A stretch of DNA of 32,000 nt, taken from assembly GCF_000392435.1 (NCBI RefSeq), contig NC_021219.1, positions 60,001 to 92,000 of the forward strand, in the 5' to 3' direction. Position 1 is the stretch's first letter, and every line of letters starts with the position of its first letter. The notes beneath the pieces were generated by a model that saw only the letters and a program-made list of their open reading frames with translations, did not search any database and had not been told where the DNA came from. The translations under genes were made by a program, and so were the position numbers. Positions 9,052-15,904 of the stretch are shown here, piece after piece. This stretch comes from Candidatus Saccharimonas aalborgensis. Its GTDB lineage: Bacteria; Patescibacteriota; Saccharimonadia; Saccharimonadales; Saccharimonadaceae.

Positions 9052-9576
9052 TTAGTCATTTTCAGCGTGACGTGCTTCGACTTCAGCTGCCTTGGCAGCA
9101 AGCTCGGCAGCCTCTACATCTTTTGCCGCCTGACGCTCGGCAGCCTCTACGGCTTTTTGCTCCTTGATACGCGCTTCTTCCTCTTCGGCATGATCGTTTT
9201 TGACGGCGTTTACTGCTTCGCGGTCAAACTGGACCGCTGTCAAACGTGCACCCTTACCGCTGCGCTGGCGGAGGTAGCTCAGGAAGTTGCGGCGAACTTT
9301 GCTGCGGCGAACAATCTCGACTTTTTCGACAAGCGGGCTGTGCAGGAGAAAACTCTTTTCGACACCGACGCCGCTTGCTACCTTGCGAACGGTGATGCGG
9401 CTCGTATGCTGACTCTTGTTGTCGGTACGGATGACGACGCCTTCAAACACCTGGATACGCTCTTTGCCGCCTTCTTTGATTTTTTGGTGCACACGCACGG
9501 TATCACCGCTGCGGGCATCGACGACTTGCTTTTTCTTTTGCTCGTCGTTGACTTTTTGGATTAGGGAAAAACTCAT
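9052..9576 (-). CDS. rplS: Ribosomal protein L19 with a 55-60 aa Ala/Glu/Lys-rich C-terminal tail
   Basis: The N-terminal ~115 aa (GDTVRVHQKIKEGGKERIQVFEGVVI...) are canonical L19. The tail reads AEEEEARIKEQKAVEAAERQAAKDVEAAELAAKAAEVEARHAEND. Confidence 0.95.
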   Translation of the reverse strand: MSFSLIQKVNDEQKKKQVVDARSGDTVRVHQKIKEGGKERIQVFEGVVIRTDNKSQHTSRITVRKVASGVGVEKSFLLHSPLVEKVEIVRRSKVRRNFLSYLRQRSGKGARLTAVQFDREAVNAVKNDHAEEEEARIKEQKAVEAAERQAAKDVEAAELAAKAAEVEARHAEND

Positions 9577-9698
9577 CTTCTACTCGCTTATCATTTAGTA
9601 TTACAATTCGACTATCAACTATAGCATACTTCTGGACATTTTAAAAGAGGCTAGACGCCTCAATCGGTAGGGCGGGGACAAGGAGAGAGCGGTGGTGG

Positions 9699-9730
9699 TG
9701 CAGGGAGTCCTCTTTCGAGAGCTCCCTGCA
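9699..9730 (-). terminator. GC-rich hairpin with GAAA loop 3' of the 67-aa ORF
   Basis: Minus-strand UGCAGGGAG-CUCUC-GAAA-GAGGA-CUCCCUGCA has 9 bp plus 4 inner pairs and no U-tract. A weaker gaggc/gcctc hairpin followed by UUUU lies at 9661-9643. Confidence 0.5.
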
Positions 9731-9750
9731 CCGTGCGGCCGAGTCAGGGC

Positions 9751-9954
9751 CTACCGACCCATGAGGGCCGGCCACGCCCCGAAGGGCGACGACACCGGGT
9801 CGAACGGGCTCGGCCGGTCGAGGATCTCGTCGGGGACGAGGGTCTCCTCGACCCAGACCCCGTAGACCGTCGGCTCGACGAAGGCCGTCCCGTCGAGGTT
9901 GACGACAAACTGGCCGGGACGCAGGACGACCACGACGGTGGTGCGCTCGAACAT
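9751..9954 (-). CDS. Small GC-rich hypothetical protein (67 aa)
   Basis: AGGAG (9965-9961) lies 6 nt before the ATG. 64 of 67 codons end in G or C, as in a high-GC coding frame. The overlapping 133-aa and 95-aa track ORFs are alternative frames. Confidence 0.6.
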   Translation of the reverse strand: MFERTTVVVVLRPGQFVVNLDGTAFVEPTVYGVWVEETLVPDEILDRPSPFDPVSSPFGAWPALMGR

Positions 9955-10017
9955 GGATAGCTCCTAATCTCACTCTGCCCACGATGGGCAAACACCACAG
10001 CCGGAACGTCCCGACGA

Positions 10018-10071
10018 GTGCTGAGTGGCAACGATAGTCCAACTCGTTAGCCTATCATTGCCCCTCAGCAC
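10018..10071 (-). promoter_or_regulatory. Long leader hairpin in the 5' UTR of the 67-aa ORF
   Basis: 20-nt arms at 10018-10037 and 10052-10071 with a 14-nt loop. On the minus-strand RNA 18 Watson-Crick pairs, one G-U and one mismatch form. A second 5-bp hairpin lies at 9976-9990. Confidence 0.55.
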
Positions 10072-10124
10072 ATACTCTCTCCTTGTCAAAGATCGTGTGA
10101 GGTTATCTCACAACGAACAAATAC

Positions 10125-10153
10125 ATTATAGCACATTATGCATTAATTTGCAA
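10125..10153 (-). promoter_or_regulatory. Near-consensus promoter TTGCAA-17 nt-TGcTATAAT reading into cassette 1
   Basis: ttgcaa at 10148-10153; -10 is the reverse complement of attata at 10125-10130; 17-nt spacer ending in tgc (extended -10). It sits in AT-rich sequence just outside the right inverted repeat. Confidence 0.65.
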
Positions 10154-10177
10154 GCATCTTGTACTCCGCCAGGTCTC

Positions 10178-10675
10178 CTAACGGCCAAATAATCCGCCGA
10201 GAAACCCATTCTTTTTTTTCGTCCAGCCTGATTTCTCAAGTAGTTCAAAGAGTGGCTTCTTGATCTCGCTCGTATCGAAACTATACGAGTAAGTCATTCC
10301 ACCGATCGATACACTACTCTGCGGTTGTTTCGCATGCCCAAGGCCAAATCCCATTTCTTTACCTATCTTATGGCCTTTGAATCCTCCCATTTCGCCTCCA
10401 AATGATATGGTACCGTTTGTGAGAAGCGAAAAACCACTAGATTTACTTGTCTGCGTGTCCTGAGAAGTGTACGTATGCGTCAGTTCATCGAGCATCACTA
10501 CAAGCTTAAATGTCTTTTCGACATTGTTGGCGGCAAGTGGAGCCGCCCAAATAGCGTCGAGATATTTCCATTCGGCAACAATCTTGTTTCCCTGGACGGA
10601 ATAGGAGAATGGTCTTTCTGGCAGATTTAGTTGGTTAATTGCTGAAATTATTTGTTCGAGAGATAGTGGCTGCAT
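10178..10675 (-). CDS. Hypothetical protein (165 aa) with a Gly-rich central segment
   Basis: Track ORF lying 6 nt downstream of the preceding gene. No family recognised. Confidence 0.65.
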   Translation of the reverse strand: MQPLSLEQIISAINQLNLPERPFSYSVQGNKIVAEWKYLDAIWAAPLAANNVEKTFKLVVMLDELTHTYTSQDTQTSKSSGFSLLTNGTISFGGEMGGFKGHKIGKEMGFGLGHAKQPQSSVSIGGMTYSYSFDTSEIKKPLFELLEKSGWTKKKNGFLGGLFGR

Positions 10676-10681
10676 TGCAGA

Positions 10682-11164
10682 TTACTCTATCTTTGCTTCT
10701 AATGAGCTGTTGCTCGAGCGAAAATTCATCACGCGCCAATTATCACCGTTTTTTTCGAGGATGACACGGATGTACTTCGTACCCGATGATGTATCGACCG
10801 TATAGACGATGATCGCCTTTTGCGAAGAACCTGCGGTGGTTTCTACCGCACGTGCAGTCACCTTCTCGTCTCCTTGTAATGCGGGAGAGACCCGTTTGAT
10901 AACTGCATCGAGATCATCTCTCGATGTCGCACCTCGGAAGCCCTCGCTCGTTAACGCATAGGCTGCCTCGGTGTTTGCCGACTGTACATCGTTGACAAAC
11001 TCGTCACTTACCTTCTTTGGGGAATCTGTCATATTCATGACGACAATAAATATCACTCCTCCCACAATCAATAGTCCAAAAATCACGCTGATAAGTACTA
11101 CGAGCCAACGAGGAACTTTGCCTGAAGCATAGTTATTTTTTAAGTGTGTTGTTGGTGTTTTCAT
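10682..11164 (-). CDS. Membrane-anchored hypothetical protein (160 aa), NTF2/DUF4878-like ectodomain by eye
   Basis: N-terminal TM helix WLVVLISVIFGLLIVGGVIFIVV followed by a soluble domain. TAGATT lies 6 nt before the ATG. Confidence 0.65.
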   Translation of the reverse strand: MKTPTTHLKNNYASGKVPRWLVVLISVIFGLLIVGGVIFIVVMNMTDSPKKVSDEFVNDVQSANTEAAYALTSEGFRGATSRDDLDAVIKRVSPALQGDEKVTARAVETTAGSSQKAIIVYTVDTSSGTKYIRVILEKNGDNWRVMNFRSSNSSLEAKIE

Positions 11165-11241
11165 GTAAATAATCTAGTTCCTTTTTTTGTTTATTTGTCG
11201 CTGCTGGTGATTATAGCACCCTAGCTTAGAAAACTCAATTA

Positions 11242-11271
11242 TCGACAGTATTTACGCGCATGTTCTATACT
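11242..11271 (+). promoter_or_regulatory. Promoter TCGACA-18 nt-TATACT, with the -10 only 6 nt from the malic enzyme ATG
   Basis: tcgaca at 11242-11247, tatact at 11266-11271, ATG at 11278. Confidence 0.55.
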
Positions 11272-11277
11272 TGAAAG

Positions 11278-12411
11278 ATGGATTACAACCAACTCGCTCT
11301 CGATCTCCATGCGCGCTATGGCGGCAAAATTACCACTCAGCTCCGCGATACGAGCGAGCTTGATCGTGCAAAGCTCAGTGCGTATTACAGCCCTGGCGTA
11401 GGAGCAGTTAGTCAGGCGATAGCCGCTGACCCCTCGTCACTTTCCACCTATACCTGGACAAACAATCTCGTCGCTGTGATTTCTGATGGATCTGCCATCC
11501 TCGGCCTCGGGGACCTCGGTCCCAAAGCAGCCATGCCCGTCATGGAAGGCAAAGCCCTGCTGTTTAAGCGCTTTGCCGACATCGATAGCGTACCGATCGT
11601 GCTCGACGTGCACACAGCCGATGAAATCGTCGCTACTGTCAAAGCCATTGCGCCCAGTTTTGGCGCCATCAACCTCGAGGATATCGCCGCGCCAAAGTGT
11701 TTTGAGGTCGAGGAGCGACTCAAAGCTGCTCTCGACATCCCCGTCTTTCATGATGACCAACATGGTACAGCGGTGGTGACACTCGCCGGACTTATCAACG
11801 CAGCAACCGTCACTCATCGTTCACTCGTGGATTCAAAGATAGTTACTATCGGAGCAGGTGCAGCTGGCACAGCCATCATTAAGCTCTTACACCGCTATGG
11901 TTGCCGACAGATTGTAGCAATCGACAGCAAGGGTACTATCGGCGACTATCGCAATGATCTCAACGATGAAAAAAAGGCCCTTCTCGGGTATGTCGACCGT
12001 TCGGCTCACGGCTCACTCAGCGATGCGCTCAAGGAAGCCGATATCTTCATCGGCGTCAGTAAGGGCGGCCTCCTGACATCTGATCTCGTCTCACTCATGG
12101 CACCTAACCCCATCGTCTTCGCACTAGCTAATCCAACACCTGAAATTATGCCCGACGAAGCAAAAGTAGCTGGCGTCGCCGTGATAGCAACCGGCCGAAG
12201 TGATTTTCCCAACCAAGTCAACAATGCCATTGCCTTCCCCGGTATCTTTCGGGGTGCACTTGATCACGGCATCAAAAAGATTACTGACGAACATAAACTC
12301 GCCGCTGCTAAAGCTATCGCCGGATTGGTAGAAACACCTACCCCCGATACAGTTATTCCCAGCGTCTTTGATGAGCGGCTTGTGCCAACGATCGCTGCCG
12401 TCATTACTTAA
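11278..12411 (+). CDS. NAD(P)-dependent malic enzyme (short form)
   Basis: Contains YSPGVG, AVISDGSAILGLGDLGPKAAMPVMEGKALLFKRFADID and the Rossmann motif IGAGAAG. Confidence 0.9.
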   Translation: MDYNQLALDLHARYGGKITTQLRDTSELDRAKLSAYYSPGVGAVSQAIAADPSSLSTYTWTNNLVAVISDGSAILGLGDLGPKAAMPVMEGKALLFKRFADIDSVPIVLDVHTADEIVATVKAIAPSFGAINLEDIAAPKCFEVEERLKAALDIPVFHDDQHGTAVVTLAGLINAATVTHRSLVDSKIVTIGAGAAGTAIIKLLHRYGCRQIVAIDSKGTIGDYRNDLNDEKKALLGYVDRSAHGSLSDALKEADIFIGVSKGGLLTSDLVSLMAPNPIVFALANPTPEIMPDEAKVAGVAVIATGRSDFPNQVNNAIAFPGIFRGALDHGIKKITDEHKLAAAKAIAGLVETPTPDTVIPSVFDERLVPTIAAVIT

Positions 12412-12414
12412 CCT

Positions 12415-12537
12415 GAGTCTCAAACCCCTCCTCCGACAGACAGTTGGCCCTGATGGGCCAAGGCCCGCCAAGAGCGAAGGCTGATTTAGTTAGCGGCGGG
12501 CCGGTTGTGTGGAGTGAGAGAGTATGAGACTTGAGAC
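12415..12537 (+). repeat. GC-rich structured repeat element, family B, copy 3
   Basis: The core is nearly identical to copy 1 (gtctg to gtgtg and gggg to gaga changes at the 3' side). The ends gtctcaa (12417-12423) and ttgagac (12531-12537) are complementary. It fills the gap between convergent stops at 12411 and 12537. Confidence 0.9.
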
Positions 12538-13673
12538 TACTTGATGTTTGGCGCTACAACAACACAGGTCCGGTCATCGTGCTTGCGCGCTGCGGTGATA
12601 AGGGCGTGCGGTATCTCGGCAGGGTGACTGCAACTCGTGAGATGTCTGATCATCTCGTCATTTGTCATAATATCCGTGCCATAATCGCCCGTGATACCAT
12701 CTGAAACTAAAATGCCGATCTGATGAGGTCGCAGCAACAAGTTTCCTGTCTGCTCAACTCGGTGAGGTCGTCGAGTTATATCGTTTACACCACCTATGAT
12801 GTTTGTCACGAATCTGCCAAAGCCTTCATCAATAGTGATCTGAGTAAGCTCACGAGTCTGTGTATCAAAGGTATAGAGCCGCGAATCACCGATTGATGCC
12901 CAAGCAACAGGGGTGTTCCCTCGGACATCTACAGGAAGACAGCGCGCTACTATTGCGGTTGTTTCAGATTTGATACCTCTATTGACGAGTACTGCGCTCG
13001 TATAATCAAGCACCGAAGCAAGCTCTTGCTCCGCCTGGCGGAGTGAAATGCCTTGGCAAAAGGGTGCACGTGCAACCATTTCGGCTACCAGAGACGAGGC
13101 GTACGCACCATCCGAAGTACTCACACCATCCATGACGCCATATATACCTCTGTGATCGTCAACGACAGATCGGTCATCGCCGTGCATTTGCAAGTCTTCA
13201 GCGTAGCCGATGCAGATGTGGCTCGATCGCTCAGGAGTATCAAGGCGAAATCCCTCGGCAGTGGTGCCATTGAGCGAGGAAAGATCACGCGCAATGAGCA
13301 TATTGCCCCGACGTCCTAGATGAAGATGACTCCGTGACACAGTCGAAAGCTGATCGAGTGGAATGTGAAACTGATAACCCAGCCACTCTCGACCAATCTG
13401 GTACTCTATACCTTCAGGTAAAACAACCTGATCTTCTGATCCTTCACAGCGTAATACCGCTTCGATGACACGACCTGCATCAGTTTCGACCCCCAGGGTT
13501 GGTACCCAGAGCGCGGTGCGACCAAGGGTTAGCTGAACTGCCACAAAAGGATCACCATCAATACGGTCGATGCCAGCAGGGATCGGCGGATCTAGGGATA
13601 GGTGAGCTTCGGTGGATGACAGTATCCTGCCTCTTAAACCGATACCATCTGTATCGGGTCGGTAACTATTCAT
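12537..13673 (-). CDS. FHA-domain protein fused to a PP2C-type Ser/Thr phosphatase
   Basis: FHA-like VSRSHLHLGRRGNMLIARDLSSLNGT. PP2C motifs GVMDGVS, GDSRLY, VSDGITG and DDRT. Confidence 0.85.
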   Translation of the reverse strand: MNSYRPDTDGIGLRGRILSSTEAHLSLDPPIPAGIDRIDGDPFVAVQLTLGRTALWVPTLGVETDAGRVIEAVLRCEGSEDQVVLPEGIEYQIGREWLGYQFHIPLDQLSTVSRSHLHLGRRGNMLIARDLSSLNGTTAEGFRLDTPERSSHICIGYAEDLQMHGDDRSVVDDHRGIYGVMDGVSTSDGAYASSLVAEMVARAPFCQGISLRQAEQELASVLDYTSAVLVNRGIKSETTAIVARCLPVDVRGNTPVAWASIGDSRLYTFDTQTRELTQITIDEGFGRFVTNIIGGVNDITRRPHRVEQTGNLLLRPHQIGILVSDGITGDYGTDIMTNDEMIRHLTSCSHPAEIPHALITAARKHDDRTCVVVAPNIK

Positions 13674-13677
13674 TAAT

Positions 13678-13706
13678 ACTATTATACCATATAGTGGTAT
13701 AATAGT
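13678..13706. promoter_or_regulatory. Perfect 12-bp palindrome carrying TATAAT in the 33-nt pilB/FHA-PP2C spacer
   Basis: actattatacca (13678-13689) and tggtataatagt (13695-13706) with a 5-nt loop. The minus-strand TATAAT (13686-13681) lies 7 nt before ATG 13673. Confidence 0.55.
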
Positions 13707-15335
13707 CTATATTACGCGAGCAATCTCATCGAGTGTTGTTTCGCCTCTGAGCGCCGCCAGTACTCCTGCTTGTTCGAGCGTCAACATGCCGTGCTTGCGT
13801 GCGGCAGTCTCGATAGCCTCTGGGTGCACATCCTCGACATCACCGCGAATGAACCGCTGGATCTCCTCATCAACGATAAGTTGCTCCATGATGACGATAC
13901 GTCCTTTGTAACCAAACGGTGCATCATCACTCGCTACGGGACGCCAGAGCGAAAACGTGTCAAGATCGGGGTGCTCAGTATCCTCTGGGATTCCCTCAAG
14001 CACTCGTTTGACGTAGCTGCGTGTCGCCTCGTCGGGTTCGTAGGCTTGCTTTGTCTCATCCACCAGTCGACGGACCAGACGCTGCGCGATAACCAGGCGA
14101 ATCGCCGAACTAAAGATGGGGTTCACGCCGATCATGTCGATGATTCGGCTAAATGCCGTGCTTGTAGAGTTGGCATGAAAGCTACTGAGCACGAGGTGAC
14201 CAGTAATTGATGCCTGTATCGCAGTCCGGGCTGTATCTTGATCACGAATCTCGCCCACCATCACCACATCAGGGTCGAGACGCAGCACGCTGCGCAACCC
14301 GTCAGCAAACTGTTGTCCGCCCGTGGTATTGATAGGGATCTGGGAGATACCAGAGAGCCCATACTCGATGGGGTCTTCGAGCGTGATGAGTTTTCGATCG
14401 GGAGTATTGAGCGCGTTGAGCATACTATACAGAGTCGTCGACTTTCCGCTTCCTGTCGGACCGACCATCAAGACAAGTCCGCGTGGATGGCTAATGATAT
14501 CATCTATTTGTTCGCGCTGCTTTGGAGGGATACCAAGCAAATCGAGGTTGAGGAGAGATTCATCGAAGTTGAACAAGCGAAGCACCGCATCTTGACCATA
14601 CATGGTGGGAACCGTTTCGACACGAAGATTGAGTAAGTGTGTGGCGCCACCAGCGGTGATCTCGCGCTGCATATGGCCAGACTGCGACTCCGCTGCGGCA
14701 GTCGAGATACCAGCACGGCTAGCAAGTTCGCCCATAATCACCCGATAGCGATCGCGGTCGAGATGGGCAACCGGGTGAAGCGCACCATCAACGCGCATTC
14801 TGATACGAATATCCGTCCGACCGTTTTCGATGTGAATATCGCTCGCACCAAGACGATCTGCCTGGGTAATCAGGTAATTAAAGACGTCCTCACTACTGAC
14901 CGAATTGAGCGTCTTGCTGACAGAAGAGATCGTGTCGCTATCGCCTTCTTTTGCGATGGAGATGTCATCATATACGGCTTTTTTGGGCGGATCAAAACGG
15001 AGCATAAACTGACGATAGGCACTAAGGCTAATCAGCGATATCTGGATAATTTTACCCTCATCGGCATAGTCTTTACGCATCTGTTGGATGAGGGACTGTG
15101 GTGTCTGCGTCGTGGCCCCAAACTCAAAGGCTCTTTCGTCACCGCCTTTGATGAGTGGCACGATATGCCCTTTATACATTTCATCGACCGATAGCACATC
15201 GGTTACAAGCGGAAGATCAGCCTCAAACGGACGCGTGTCCAGATAGGACATGCCGAGGATAGCCGATCGTTGCTGTGTCGACTCTTCATCCTGTTGACGA
15301 CGTTTTTGCTGTATTTCCACTTCGTCCATATCCAT
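13707..15335 (-). CDS. pilB: Type IV pilus / type II secretion assembly ATPase (GspE/PilB family)
   Basis: Walker A GPTGSGKST, Walker B VVMVGEIRD, and an N-terminal GSPII_E_N-like region. The start may be the third codon (ATG 15329), which is 7 nt after TGcTACACT. Confidence 0.9.
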   Translation of the reverse strand: MDMDEVEIQQKRRQQDEESTQQRSAILGMSYLDTRPFEADLPLVTDVLSVDEMYKGHIVPLIKGGDERAFEFGATTQTPQSLIQQMRKDYADEGKIIQISLISLSAYRQFMLRFDPPKKAVYDDISIAKEGDSDTISSVSKTLNSVSSEDVFNYLITQADRLGASDIHIENGRTDIRIRMRVDGALHPVAHLDRDRYRVIMGELASRAGISTAAAESQSGHMQREITAGGATHLLNLRVETVPTMYGQDAVLRLFNFDESLLNLDLLGIPPKQREQIDDIISHPRGLVLMVGPTGSGKSTTLYSMLNALNTPDRKLITLEDPIEYGLSGISQIPINTTGGQQFADGLRSVLRLDPDVVMVGEIRDQDTARTAIQASITGHLVLSSFHANSTSTAFSRIIDMIGVNPIFSSAIRLVIAQRLVRRLVDETKQAYEPDEATRSYVKRVLEGIPEDTEHPDLDTFSLWRPVASDDAPFGYKGRIVIMEQLIVDEEIQRFIRGDVEDVHPEAIETAARKHGMLTLEQAGVLAALRGETTLDEIARVI

Positions 15336-15373
15336 TAGTGTAGCAAACTGCTCATGGTTTTTATAGTGGTAAA

Positions 15374-15904
15374 ATGAGAGTAATGCCTGAAATAACCGTT
15401 GTTGCCCACAACATTCGCAGTACCCACAATGTTGGAGCTATTTTCCGCACCTGCGAAGGATTTGGCGTCAAAAAAATTATCCTCAGCGGCTACACTCCCT
15501 ACCCTCTAGTCAAAAACGACACAAGATTGCCGCACATTAGAGAGAAGATCACTACTCAAATCCATAAAACCGCGCTTGGTGCGGAAGTATTGGTCCCCTT
15601 TGAGTATGTCCCAGATATCTCTATGTGGTTTGACCAGAACGAACAGTACGAAAAACTGCCCGTCATTGCACTCGAGCAAACACCGAAAAGTATCGCGTTA
15701 CCGACCTTTCGCCCACCCCAAAAAATAGCGCTACTCCTCGGCGAAGAAGTGTACGGCATACCAGACGAACTTCTGGCCCGCTGTCAAGATAGTATCGAGA
15801 TTCCTATGAGTGGCAAAAAAGAATCGTTTAATGTCAGTGTCGCGACCGGCATCGCGCTCTATGCACTCACTACTTCGTCGCGATACATTCACTCCCAAAA
15901 ATAG
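15374..15904 (+). CDS. SpoU/TrmH-family RNA 2'-O-methyltransferase
   Basis: Contains NVGAIFRTCEGFG and ESFNVSVATGIALY. TATAGT lies 6 nt before the ATG. Confidence 0.85.
   Translation: MRVMPEITVVAHNIRSTHNVGAIFRTCEGFGVKKIILSGYTPYPLVKNDTRLPHIREKITTQIHKTALGAEVLVPFEYVPDISMWFDQNEQYEKLPVIALEQTPKSIALPTFRPPQKIALLLGEEVYGIPDELLARCQDSIEIPMSGKKESFNVSVATGIALYALTTSSRYIHSQK

Larger units (their letters stand above)
9677..10087 (-). other. Inverted-repeat-bounded GC-rich insertion cassette 1 (possible horizontally acquired mini-element)
   Basis: Perfect 13-bp inverted repeats gacaaggagagag (9677-9689) and ctctctccttgtc (10075-10087). About 70% G+C by hand count over 9691-9950, against roughly half in the flanks. 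Contains a leader hairpin, SD, 67-aa ORF and GC hairpin. Confidence 0.7.

Noticed and set aside
8950-9564. 204-aa plus-strand ORF antisense to rplS
   Set aside because: It lies entirely opposite the well-supported L19 gene. It is low-complexity, Leu/Phe/Ala-rich, and mirrors the Ala/Glu/Lys tail.
9641-10042. Track ORFs of 133 aa (9641-10042, -), 95 aa (9744-10031, -) and 75 aa (9733-9960, +) across cassette 1
   Set aside because: Long open frames in every phase are expected in ~70% G+C DNA. Only 9751-9954 has an ATG with a well-spaced AGGAG and near-total G/C at third positions. The others are Arg/Pro/Ser-rich alternative frames.
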